Assembly (NCBI GenBank): GCA_000934665.2
Contig: KZ538076.1
Span: 1-64,000 of the forward strand
Source: Catajapyx aquilonaris
Lineage: Eukaryota
Reading direction: 5' to 3'
Length of the DNA stretch: 64,000 bases
Of this stretch, positions 12,547-25,338 are shown piece after piece; position 1 is the stretch's first letter; the number at the start of each line of letters is the position of its first letter. A program made the position numbers and the translations under genes. A model generated the notes under the pieces. The model saw only the letters and a list, made by a program, of their open reading frames with translations. It searched no databases and was not told the DNA's origin.

Positions 12547-14924
12547 CTACCTTAGTTCAGCGTAGTCCGGTAGGGTCGCCACATAATTTAGCAGTGAAAG
12601 GGAGTCTCATGGCGCTCTCAAATGAGCACCTCATGCAAAACGCCCCGTCAGGCGATAAGAGGGAGCGATCAGACCTTAGTATTCTTAGGCCATGATCTCA
12701 CTCATGTGCGTTCTTCAATAAACGACTCTCGCCATGCCAACTTGCTCTGCTGAAAAAGAGAGCTGTGGACGCCATTTTCAGACGCACTATGAGCGATGGT
12801 ATCAGAATTACTTCCAGGTATGCCCAGCAGGTGGCAGGAGGCGACAGTATCAATCGTTGCCGCGGATTTTTTTTATAAAACTTGTGTATCCTACTACAGG
12901 ATACTCCAGGTCCGAGGAGGCTATAGTGTTTCTCTCCTGAATAAGGTAGCAGACAAGGTAATAGGAGTCAAGTAACCAGCTTTAGGGTATGACGACCATG
13001 ACAAGTGGGGTAGAAATATCTTGGGCCATATCTGGCCATATACGGTATGGGACACAATATTATAATATTGAGTAGTTTAATGAAGATTAAGAATAATAAT
13101 CTGCATACAGTATACACATAACAAAATACAGATGAAATTAAGAAGTTCTCCACTCTGCCGGTAGCTTTTGATTATTTTGATTATTATGATTTAAAATTTT
13201 AAAAATAATATTTACACTTGTGAACTGTCACCTCGATGGGAGTTTCAAGGTTTGCCACCACTAGAAGTAGACCTCGTACGGATCTGGGCGTCCGCGGCAT
13301 TACTTCTGATTGCGGTGAAAGTTTCCCAATGCAGGAATTACTCGTTTCAGTTACGTTTTTAATAAACAGCAAAAATTAATGCAGCAAAAACGAGACAAAA
13401 TATTATCGTAATGTAAGTAAATGAGATAGGTTCCAAAATTTCCAAATATTTCCTATAGGCAGTTAATATTGCTGTTTTTAATGCCGAATATTTGAAACAT
13501 TGATGAATGGGATGTTCCAGGTTGATGGCCATTAGGTTCTGATGGCTCTTGTCTTGTCCCTTCTAATAATGGCAAGAACTGCAGTACACGTTGGATATTT
13601 AACAACGGTTACAGTACTTCGGGGAGTACCGAGACCAACAACCTACCACAAGGCACCAGGAAAAACACGGTTGTGTGTTTGGACTCAGAAGTGTTGCAGC
13701 GATGTGTTTATGTTTAGATTCTGCTGTTATATTCAAATTGTTCAAAAAAAATCTTTCAAACAAGTTTTAAGTGTAATTTTAAAACTGTCGTTAATGTAAA
13801 ACGGCGTAAAATGGAGCGGCGTAAAACGGGTATTCCCTGTAATTTTTCCTTTTACTTACGGTACCGTATGCAATGTTTAATGCTCCACTGTACTGATAAC
13901 TGACCCAATTTATCCCTCTACTATAAGTGAAAAATATAATAATTAAGAAATAAATGTGGTATAATTTGGTAAGCTACTCTAACATTGAAAAAAAACACAC
14001 ACACACACACACACACATTCCGTTGTGCCGGGGATACAAGCCGCAGGTTTTGATTTTGACGCGAATCTATATATTATTAATACCCGACTGTCGTGGAAAC
14101 TCCTCCCGCACCGTACGGCCTACAGCGTTGGGAGTGGGCTCAAAATTTAGTCCGCGTTTTCTAAATTTGCACGCCGTATTTTTATTTTTTTTGGAAAAAG
14201 TGCTGAGGGACTTTGTCAAATGCGAAATACCCCCAAAACCTCAAAAAAGCCGGCTCCACGGAATTCCCATTTTCGCCGCACGGCGCTCAGGGCGCCACCT
14301 CCTGGCTGGTGGCGACCTGGTGGCGACTCGCTTACCGTACCCATTTGCCGTCGGATCCGCTCCCTCTCCCGCTCTCTGCTGCAATTACCACACTTACCAC
14401 TTTTACTTTTGCCACATTTTGGCAACTGGACCCTAGTACGTCTTTAAAATAAGAACAGTACTGGGGGGCATCAGGTAGTATGCACAAAAAGCAGACCGTT
14501 ACAAAAATTGGTGATAATGTTTCGTCTTATAATTTTTGTTTCACTTGCTTCATATCGTATCGAAACCACAGTTTGTCGCATACTCCACACACATAACCGA
14601 ATGGATTCGATATTTCGATTCGAAGGCGCTCTCGGTGGTTCTGCATTTGACTTTTTTATTTTTTATTTTAGCCCATTTGAGGGAACAGAGCCATTTTAGG
14701 GGGGGGGGGGGNGGGGGGGGTGGATTACCACAATTTTTTTATTGCGAATTTTCTTTGGCATTTTTCTGGTGCAGGGATCAGGATAGGGATTCGTGAGGAG
14801 GGGAAGGGTACAAGTGCGTTGTCTTTATGTTGGGGGTCGTGTGCAGTCCCCCAGGGGGTCAGGTTGCAAGACAAGCCCCTAGGTACGGGTCAGAACCGCC
14901 CCACCGACACCGCACCTCCCCGCA

Positions 14925-15123
14925 TGGATGGGACAATAAGGATAGGAAAGGAAGGAAGCGGCTGTAGCCTATTATTTATAACGGAAGCGACCCCGGAATT
15001 TTCCTGGGAGGACCGTGAGAAACCACAGGAAACCACGCTCAGGATCGCCGGCCCTGGGACTCGAACCCAGGACCTCCCGATTAGCAGTCGGACGCCTTAT
15101 CCACTCCCCCAACATGCTTCGGT
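14925..15123 (-). mobile_element. tRNA-derived SINE family A, copy 1
   Basis: Shares ~190 bp with the copies at 21894, 24505 and 27773. A/B boxes on the minus strand; tRNA-like loop with GCT. Confidence 0.85.
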
Positions 15124-17697
15124 TCTGCATTTTTGACTTCTTGGGCTCCTATTGTTCCTTACGAGCTGCTATTTTTGTCTGATATGCGTTTCTTGTATTG
15201 CTGTTGAGATTTCGCATGCAATTTCGATGAGATTATTAATTTTTTTTAACTTTTCACCAACTTGAAGCTCATTTTTCACAACTCATCGTCGTTCACGATG
15301 ATTGTTGGCCAATATTTATTGTAGCGTAGTACAGTACGTTAGCTTTTGAATGGCACAATTTTCGCAGTCCTCACTCGATGCAATCCGAAGTTACCTTTTC
15401 GGACTGTCTTGGAATTTGCCTCTTTGCTTGGATTTGCTGGACTTGCTATAGCCTATACCAACATATATTTCGGTAGGGAATAAGAGCAAACATTTGCCTG
15501 CGTCGCACGCGAGTATTAAATATTTAAAATTGGCTCTAAGATATCGAGTGGAATTAATTTTTAATGTGTGACTATAGTAGAAAAATCTTTGGCACATTAT
15601 AGGCCTTGAGATATTCATTTATTATTTCTTGGGCCCCGCCAGCGCAAGCATTCTGAATTTAAATTATATCCGATTTAACGATATTTGAAATGTGGCAATT
15701 TTGTACTATAAATCTCACGAGAGGTTTCACATGGTATAATCACAATTCAATGTATTTTTAACGGGTAAGTTAAAAGTTGCAATACTCTGCCAGCCGACGA
15801 CGCCTGTAGAGTTGCATACCAAATCATGGGTTTTAATATTTTATGGACCTTCCGCGCGTGGAAACATTGTGTTATAGCCATGCCAAAACCAATAATAATA
15901 ATTAATTACACCAATTACGCCTTATACTACCACCTTGACAAAGCAGCCTGGAATAATTAATGACAATAAAAATGTATTATGGTACCTCTTCATATGGCAC
16001 ATATTTAATTTACATCAGCAACATTCCACAGTAACCCACTTGTGTTATTCTGTAATTAGTGACGTCATGTAAAAATGACAAACCATACGGCTTGGTCATC
16101 AACATATTATTTTTCTAAGTGCAGTGTATAGGATGCCCTTGCTGCTTATTCCCAGCCTCATAACTCGTGGACAGTTCTTTTACTGCTGGCTCAAGACCAA
16201 ATCTGTTATTGCAACATTGAATATAAACATCGGGTCTGTCCGTGTTTATGCCTTGCAGAGAGGGAAGCACATGAAAGTCACTCTTATTGAGAGAGCTATA
16301 GGATGGGTGGAGGGAAAGGTTGGACCTTTCGTGCGCTTTTCTTCCTTCAAGGCAGAAATGAACAAAATCAGTGGCACTTGAAGTCTACCTTACGCTCCAA
16401 CATATTCACCCCAGGTCACATCAGAGAGTGGGCATTTACATCTCCAATTGTATGCATTTTTAAAAGGCTGCAGTTGTCATTTTAAATAAACATGTAATGT
16501 GCATAGATTTACATAAATGACTCATTTCAGCATGGTCGATATTATAGTCATTATTTATTCGAATTTTGCTAAGAACACATTCAGGGGAGTTTATTTAGCG
16601 ACGGGACCCGATCCGAAATAAAGAGTCAATTAGAGTACAGTACCGGTACCGGTATGTATAAATAATTTTACTGTATATGCTCTGCGTCGCCGTATCGTTG
16701 CAATGAATAAAATGCTTATTGACTCGTGTTATTTTTGGGGCACATATCGATTACCCAATTAGGCATGATTTACATCAAGCTCCATCATAATTATATTCAC
16801 TAAATTGCTAAAACCGTGCACTTTGCACCTTGAACCGATGCTGTCTGCACTTTGCCATGTAGCCTAATTTGCAACTGAAATGTTGCCTACTGTACGGTAT
16901 GTCATGAGAGCAAATAAATTCATTACATTTTGTTCCAAAAGGAATGCATACCCAAAAGGCTCAAGTAAAGATATCTGCAAAGACCAAGTAACTTCCTTTC
17001 CATCATACATGCTTAATTTATATGAATACGAGAAAACTACAAGTTATCTATCAAATACAACTCGATGAAACAATTTTCCTTTGCAATATTATTATAGGGC
17101 TGTGTTTTTTCACAAGCGAATAATTTGTATTACAAGCATACTGTAATATTTGCAGAATTGACGTACAGTACTGTACGTCTATAGCTTCTGAAGTGGGTGG
17201 AGAATTTCTGACGTCACTAAAACGAACTAGTTAAATGGTGGATTGGACATCAGAAAAAGATAGGAACAGATGCCAGAATGAGAAAACCTTTAAAATATCG
17301 CTAAGTGACCACTTGTCACGAAATTATTCTAACCAAGTGTTGCATCCGACCATGTCCTTCATAAGCAATAATTATACCTGGTAGCTCATATAGGGACAAA
17401 ATCCGATCTTCCGGGTCACCAACTTTGGCAGATATAACCAACAATCTCTCCCTTGTTTAGTTATATAATGTGTGTACATTCCTCCCCTCACACACCGTAA
17501 CCAAGTTTTGGGATATTAAAAAATGATTATCATGAAAACTTGATGCGATGGGGAAGTTTCATCTTTAAAGCCAATTGCAGCAATCCATCGCTACCAACTC
17601 AAAAGGAAGGGTACTGTACATTCTGTACATTTTATTCGAATATCCAAAGTGTACCGCTACAGGCTGTGATATTCCTTTCTGGTGAGGAACATAGCTG

Positions 17698-17920
17698 TAA
17701 GGTGAAGTGGGGTAAGTGCATACACGGGGTAAGTGCATACACGTACGGGCCGCCATATTGGAATGAAAATGGCTGACGACACCAAAACGCGTCAGGCACT
17801 CTTTGTGCAGTTGCACATAACATCCCCGGACGCGTTTTGGTGTCGTCAGCCATTTTCATTCCAATATGGCGGCCCGTGTATGCACTTACCCCGTGTATGC
17901 ACTTACCCCACTTCACCTTA
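17698..17920. mobile_element. TA-flanked MITE with subterminal tandem repeats (pogo/Tc1-like)
   Basis: ~95-bp inverted arms, each with two copies of ggggtaagtgcatacac. Confidence 0.82.
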
Positions 17921-19559
17921 CTTAAAAGTGAAATGTGCTGATCACACACACATAACAGCAGCAACCAGCAAAACACAATTTCGGCTGCAAAATCTTCAAT
18001 ATTCACATAATTTGCAAGTTGTTTGTAGACAAAATTATTTTTGATTATCACACTTTGATGCCCGCTTGAATCTCTGGGAGTAGTATCCTTACCAGTGTTA
18101 TTTTTATAGTGGTGCCAACAATAAATAAGAAGGAAAGACCATCGCAGCCTATAATTAATAAGTACCAAATCTGACAGCTATTTTAATGCCACACTCCTAA
18201 CCTGCGTTAATTGCTCATACACAGCCATGCAAGCAACGTCATCAGGTTATTAGATTTCAGCACGGCTTAATCGTGAGTAAAACACTGACCTAAAATACTA
18301 GGCGAGGTGATGACTCGAGTGACGTCAGCTTCCGATATTTTATTACAACCGCTACGGGTCACTTAGCGGGACCCAAATTATACACCACAATAGGGGTCAA
18401 TTATGAAGGTAATCATATCGCCATATATTACCAGATATTGATAGCAGGCCAGAAGCAGAAAAGTTACCTTATATGACACATGGCGTTGTTACCCGCAGGT
18501 GCAGTATCTTAAAGAAAAATGTTCCACGTTATGAGTCGCATTAATTTCACTTGTTCTCCCATAATTTTGTGGAGGCTATATACCGTAATATGCAGGATCG
18601 CAGGATGGGCGCCTATTAACCAATCAGTCTAGCTTCAATGTAAACATGTAGAATGCCAATATTATATTTGCATTATGATTCCACGCAAAATAATTAATAC
18701 GCTGTACCATTGCCTTTGATGCGGATATATGGCAATAATGCCAAAGAGAACTCAAATGACGAACATTCATTAACTATACAGCCCATTGTGATCACGCAGC
18801 GCTAAAAATAATTATGCTGTCAATGACTTTTCAAAATTATTTAATATTAATCGGTTGGCGCCAACCCAACGGGTGGAGTGTCGCCCGTACGAGATGATTG
18901 TTCACATATCTGTATGCTTTGCCAATTGCCCGTAGTAAAGCCACAATAACATTGATTGGGAGTGGAATGTTCAAGCTTGATTCAAACTTCCTGCCACCTG
19001 TACCACCATAGTTTCAGCTTAAATAATATTCTTGCTGACAGGCCTGGGCCAACTAGTACGTTCAGTAGCACTGTATATGTTGACTGCTGTTCGTGTAGCA
19101 GGCAATGGTTTCTTACGATCAGACATAAGTATCGCTGTTATCCAAAAAGCGATCCAAACAGAGTGCAAGTATCATCCAAATATATTACATAATAACCCTA
19201 CCGCAAGAGGGCAGGGGATGAATTAAGGCTAATAAAAGAACCCGGGTAATCACAAACCGAGCCTAGAATGATAAGAGAACTGTCCACCAGGTGAACTGGA
19301 TGACGACTCAGAAAGTTAAGGGGAGAGACGATATAGGAAAACTCGGGGAGTGTCCGATTTGAAGGAGTTAGGTTGGGTTTTATGATCATTGATCACCCAC
19401 AGTGCTAGGGCATGTGACAGATAATGGCCTGCAGGTCACGAGATAAGAGAAAGGAATAAAGGTGGGGGGAGACGGGAATAAGCTATATATGCGTTACTAT
19501 GCGTTACAATTAAGTTCCTTTCTATTGACCAACAGGTCGCTGCAAACCTATAGGCAGTA

Positions 19560-19840
19560 CAGTGTTGAACATTAATCGCGTCTGCTAGCGACATTTTCCG
19601 ATGCGGCAGACGTACAAATCGAAGTGATAGAGTGCGAGCCGTGCGAATCAGAAGAGGTAGGCCTTGGGTGACGTCACCGGCTGAGTGACAATCGAGAAAA
19701 AGGCTTGTTCCCCAGCCGGTGACGTCACCCGAGGCCTACCATTTCTTTCTTGCATGGCTCGCACTCTGTCACTTCGATTTGCACGTCTTCCGCAACGGAA
19801 AATGTCGCTAGCAGTACGACGCGATTAATGTTCAACACTG
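19560..19840. mobile_element. Tc1/mariner MITE
   Basis: TA|CAGTGTTGAACATTAATCGCGTC...GACGCGATTAATGTTCAACACTG|TA. Each arm carries GTGACGTCAC. Confidence 0.88.
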
Positions 19841-20211
19841 TACAAACAGTTTTACTTGTGGAACAGGTTTTCAGAGCAGAGTTACCTCGCAACTCTGCTT
19901 GGAGGTTAGTGTGTGAGGATGGTATTTAGATAAGTCTGGACTGCTTCTCGTTCTTGGTTAGACTACTACATATTCTCACTGGCAGGTGCTTAAGTGGCCT
20001 TTTCACTCCAGGAATCGTTGTCGGATCAGAAGACAAGTATAGCCCTAAATCCTCCACCTAATCTGGGGATTGTTCTCGGGACTTCAGATGTAGGGTAACC
20101 AAACCCTTAACCACTAGGCCACAGTGTTGCTTTGAATTTACATATTATTGAACCGTGCAGGGATTTATTTAACGCCTGTGGTTCCATGCACTGGATACTG
20201 TATAATTAGGC

Positions 20212-20284
20212 TACTATTAAAGGTAGCTTCCGACAACCAAAAGGAGCAATGCCTTTTGGTTGTCGGAAGCTACCTTTAATAGTA
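20212..20284. mobile_element. Perfect 33-bp hairpin; minimal Kolobok-like element
   Basis: TTAA|AGGTAGC...GCTACCT|TTAA with a 7-nt loop. RR...YY termini with a TTAA TSD are typical of Kolobok. Confidence 0.55.
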
Positions 20285-21893
20285 TAGTAATTTTAATAGT
20301 GGTTTATTTTATCACGATAATATATCAGTTTTTGAATAATATTATTTTCAGTGTAGAATTTTATTAATAATAACATATTCCAATAAAGAAGTGGACATGC
20401 TTATTCATCAGTGTGAGAAATTTTTTCAAAAAGGTGCTCAAAGTTGTTTGGTGTATCACACCTTGTACACCTTGCACATTATTCACACTGATTGCTGGTT
20501 GCCTAGAATCATAAATGATCCTGAGAGTACGGCTGAATGAGCGGCCGATTCCACCGCAGTTTTTCCATGACCACTACATGGAGAGACGGCCAGTGAGCAT
20601 GACCGCCACTCTTAATGAACTCCAAAAAACCGGAAATATTTCAATGTTACCAACATTCGTGACCCAACTGCAATTGGAAAAAGGTAGTTGTTATTTTTCA
20701 GTCGCGTTGAAAATATAATAACTAATAGTGTTCCATTAACCTAGACAAGTCATTAAATACTTCTAAATTGAATAATTAATATACCTCACTGATTACAACA
20801 TATGAGTGGAAAACACTCAAAGCCTTTTGCATGAGAAATGAGTGTGAGACATGCAAAACAGAAACCCACAGTTTATAATCCTTCAATGCCATTTCATATT
20901 CAACTTCTACATTACTATTAGAGTCGACTATACACGATCACGCATGTTCTATAAATATTTAAACCACCCAAACTTCTGCCCTAAATCCACACGCAAGAAA
21001 AGTGTGTAGGCCAGACCCTTTCCTATACCAAAGTATGCTCTACGTATATCAGTGACAGATGAGAATCATGCCTTCAGGAGCATGTAAGTGTAGTGCCTTT
21101 TCCAAAGCAGCATGCCAGAACATGTTTATTATTAGGGTGAGAAAAACTTCAAGCATTTGCTCTTACCGTGTAGCTTTTTACTGTACATCCATGCACTTGA
21201 TAGTACTGTACCATCACATAAATCTACTCAGAGGCACGCAATTGACCCATATACTGTACAAATCTTGAAAAGAGGTTTTATTGCTGCTACTATTATTAGG
21301 ATGTTATTCCTCGCAACCGCGCCTAGGATCAGAGGTATTTATGTCATTATGCCACAGCGGTTCAATTTGTAGCGTTTTGGAAGAGATTTTGGTGATTTGG
21401 TGCACTGTATTGTACTATACAGGCGTGCTAATCGATGATGCACACGACAAGGGGTATAAGGAAAAGTCAAGAAGCTCAAAAAAGACTCGCGTTAGAGAAG
21501 TTGGGCAAGACCTAAGCAAACATCATACATACATCGTATGATTCTCAAATAATTTGCCCTTTCTTTCCTACACATACTTTTTACTTTCAAACCCTATTAT
21601 TACAGGCAATTTTGACTCTGGAATGAACATCTACAGTACTATATGAGTGGTAAGGAACCACGCGTGACATTAATAGCTTTTGTTAAACATATACGAGTAG
21701 CATACTGAAAGACTGCAGAGTAACACGCGATATAAGGTCTATCAGTGACCTTGAGAATAAATCATTACATCAATGTCGACTTGCCAGTACAGTATACTAA
21801 TAATAATTCATACCCCGTTATCAGCCATCGGCTCTTTAGGGGGGAAGTTTGTTTTGCCTGGAACTCTTTGCTTTTCATTTTACTGTGCTCTTT

Positions 21894-22080
21894 GGGATAG
21901 GATAGGGACGGAAGGAAGCGGCTGTGGCCTATTAATTACGGAAGCAACTCCGGAACTTTCCTGGAAGGACCGTGGGAAACCACAGAAAACCACGGTCAGA
22001 GTTGCCGGCCCCGGGATTCGAACCCAGGACCTCCCGATTAGCAGTCGGACGCCTTATCCACTATGCCAACCTGCTTCGGT
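21894..22080 (-). mobile_element. tRNA-derived SINE family A, copy 2
   Basis: Minus strand reads accgaagcaggTTGGCATAGTGGataaggcgtccgactGCTaatcgggaggtcctgGGTTCGAATCCc..., with a locust Lm1-like body. Confidence 0.85.
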
Positions 22081-22096
22081 AGTACAGTATACTATA

Positions 22097-22531
22097 CAGG
22101 GTGTTCATGAAAAACACCGACACACCTATATCACCCCGACCTAGGGACCAGACGATCACATTATGTAGAGGAGTGATTATTCCTGGGCCGCCTCATTACC
22201 GCGCAAATTGCCTTCAAACAGGTAGTATAAAATATCCTGGAAGTTAGGCCACCCAACGAACCCTTCCCCAGTCACAAGGGTCTGGAAGGTCTGGGGGCCA
22301 GACTTTGTTGGTTTGTTGCCCACAGGTGGTAAGGCCTCTATGGCTAGTTACACCTGTAAATTCTATTAAAAAGTCAGAAGGAGCGATTAGGCAAAAATCG
22401 CTAATCAGAAACGAGTCAATTATCTCAGTAATGAGGCGGTGTAGACATAATGACTCCTCTACATAAAATGACCCTCACGTTACCATTGGCCACTGGTTAT
22501 CAGTTTGTCGGTGTTTTTCATGAACACCCTG
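22097..22531. mobile_element. Tc1/mariner MITE
   Basis: TA|CAGGGTGTTCATGAAAAACACCGACA...TGTCGGTGTTTTTCATGAACACCCTG|TA. Confidence 0.88.
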
Positions 22532-22582
22532 TAGATCCCTAGTTCGATGGCCATATATCGGGCGATAGATTACTCCTGTGGT

Positions 22583-22996
22583 CAGCGCCGGATTTACGGC
22601 AAGGCAAGGTCAGGGCAAATTTCAAGGGGCGGCAAATTTAGGTATACAAAAAAAAATTAACGAAAAATTAATAATTAATAATTACGCAACTGGAAGCAGC
22701 GCCGGATTTACCATTTTCAAATAGGCTACAATAATTGGAAATAAAGGCGAAATCATCTAAAAATTTCAAAGATTTTGCCGGGGGGTTCCCTGTGCTGGAT
22801 TTGCCACTAGGCAGAAAAGCCTAGGGACGGCCTAAAGTTGAAAGAGTTGAAAATGCTGTATAAATATTTGTATAAAATTAATGAATTGAAGGAGAGAACT
22901 CGACAAAAAAAAACTGACAATTTAAGCGGAATAGGGGGGGGGGGGGGGTNGGGGGTCTCAACTGCCTAGGGGCGGCCGAGGGTAAATCCGGCACTG
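22583..22996. mobile_element. hAT non-autonomous element
   Basis: TIR CAGCGCCGGATTTAC / GTAAATCCGGCACTG, perfect 8-bp TSD CCTGTGGT (22575-82 and 22997-23004). An extra internal TIR copy lies at ~22698. Confidence 0.9.
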
Positions 22997-24504
22997 CCTG
23001 TGGTTAGAGTTAACCGATAGTTTAGCTTTCAGTACAGGTATCAAAAATATGAAGACAATTTCATTGGAAAACCTGACCACCAGTAAAGACATCAATAGTT
23101 TTCCAGTAGATTTCGACATTTTGGCAATTATTATCGAAGGCAATTATTGTACTTAAGATCTAAATGATACATTTATATTGTTCTTCGTTTACCTTTCTCC
23201 AACAGGGTCTCAGAAACAAGCAGGAGTTGAGGCTGACATCAAGCACATTTGGCATCACTTGGGCTACACCAAAAACGGGGAGAGATTACTCAAGTGGTGG
23301 CCTGATATAGAGGTAGGTGAGTAGATTTTTCAGAAAGTTTAAACCTAAGCATCCGAAAGCAGCAGAGAGTGCAAAATACTAATTATCCGAATAATCTTAA
23401 GCAACATAATATTCTTCGCGTGTCATCACTAGAAACACTTTCAACTCTACACTGAACCTAATTAAACGCTGATGTTTCTGCTTTACTCTTTCATTGTTTG
23501 CCTCATTACGACTTTCATCGGCTACAAAAAAAAAACACCTCGGGTTTAAGTTGTTTTTCTCTTTGCTACAGGCTATACGTTCAGTTTACGAAGATCAGTG
23601 TTCTAACCCGCTGAATATATTGACGTTGGCATTTTTATATGATATTATGATAATGAGTACAGTACACTAACACAGTGTTGAATATACCATTTGTCGAGGA
23701 AAGTGACAAAAAATAATGTTAGTAGCCTGAATAACATAAATTGTGTCTTTTCATAATTACGCACTTGAGACATGATTGAGTTAATGGGGAGGCAGGTCGG
23801 ATAGGGAAATGAAGGGGAAGGGATAGCTAACTGAACATGAAATAATGAAGTAATGTAAATTAATCGAGGGCCTTGGGATCAGCCTACAGTAAGTTTATGA
23901 AGCTTATATGTCCTGCATTAGCATGGTGGGATTTCATCCTGACAAAACCTGCATTCCTCTCGTCCAGCAGAATCACATCCTACATGCCTAGCTGTACTAC
24001 ATTTTTGCGGCACTTTCAGCATTGCATCACATCTAATTATCGCCTACATAAAAAATAGAGTGTACGGTATATGGGACTTCAAAGGACTGCTTCCAAAATA
24101 ATTGAAGGGGTGAAAGGCCAAAAATATACCGGTACCTTTAAAATATTGATATGCATATTGATATGATTCCCCCCCCCCCCAAATTAGTTTAAAGTTAGGA
24201 CACTGATGCTGATTCCCTGTTTGAGCATTACAAAGCAATCTCCTGCCAAAAGCATGGTACCCGGTACCCAAAGTGTAGCACTTTTTTAAATACTTTACAC
24301 CTCTTCAATTAAAAAATTAACGCTGCACCAATAAGCTTCCAAAATAATATTCCCAGAGTTTCTGAGAAAAAACCACCATCAATAGAGGAAACACTCGACT
24401 GATGAGTTTAAACATTTAAAGCCTTTCAATACATGCTGTAATTCCAATACAACTTTTACCTTCTTCATAAAATTAACGTTGTTTATTATTTAGTTTTTTT
24501 TAAA

Positions 24505-24785
24505 TTACCCCATTGGGAGAATCGGCGCTCCAGTAGGGGGGTGGAATACCACCATTTTACCACTCAATTTTTCCTGAAAATTTTCTTCACACAATGGATG
24601 GAGAAGGTTAGGGAAGGAACGAAGCGGCTGTGGCCTATTGTACGGAAGCGACCCCGGAATTATCCTGAGGGACCATGGAAAACCACAGAAAACCACGCGG
24701 TCTGGATCACCGGCCCCGGGAATCGAACCCAGGACCTCTCGATTAGCAGTCGGACTCCTTAACCACTACACCAACCTGCTTCGGT
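24505..24785 (-). mobile_element. tRNA-derived SINE family A, copy 3 (full length)
   Basis: Same head and body, plus 3' tail ggtattccacccccc...ctcccaatgggggtaa. Confidence 0.85.
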
Positions 24786-25087
24786 ATTGTTTATTATTTG
24801 ACCATATCGGGAGAAGGGCATCTGGGTAAACACACTGCGATATTTCCCATACAAAGTAACACACACATCTATACCCTGCAGGTCCTATATCTGCGTAATA
24901 GGCCTATAGCAGTGCAGCTATCGCATATTGTCACTGTACATCAGGTAAGCCCTTCTACTGTAGTTAAGGCCCTGATGGCATGGGGCAGGGTGTGGAGTAC
25001 GATTACATTCTGAACACATACTGCAGTGTGTCATCTAAAGGATTTAGTCATAGTAAATGGGGACCCGGCATGGATATCCCTCTAATA

Positions 25088-25338
25088 CAGTGGTTCCCAA
25101 CCCCCAAAGGGGCCGCGAAGCCTTTTCCGGGAGGTCGCGCGTGGCTGCGGTAATTTTTATAAATGAAACAATTACTAAAAAATTTTAATCAAAAAATTTT
25201 ATAGGAAATTTTATCGCGAAGGTTTTTTCCCCAACATCTACTAATATACTCGGGGAGGGGGGGAGAGGGGGGTCGCAGGTTACTTGACTATCATAAAAGG
25301 GGGTCTCGACCCGAAAAAGGTTGGGAACCACTGCACTG
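25088..25338. mobile_element. hAT (Charlie-type) MITE
   Basis: TIR CAGTGGTTCCCAACC / GGTTGGGAACCACTG with a duplicated terminal CACTG. 8-bp TSD CTCTAATA on both sides. Confidence 0.88.

Noticed and set aside
12734..12817. MPTCSA...CGRHF followed by a GT donor, THAP-like
   Set aside because: Too short and lacks the full C2CH spacing; at most a transposon relic.
13954..14452. 160-aa ORF in a GC-rich patch
   Set aside because: Includes a (CA)n tract, has no recognisable domain or splice support, and is probably repeat-derived.
17632..18168. 178-aa ORF and overlapping ORFs
   Set aside because: They read through a palindromic MITE; the same peptide appears on both strands.
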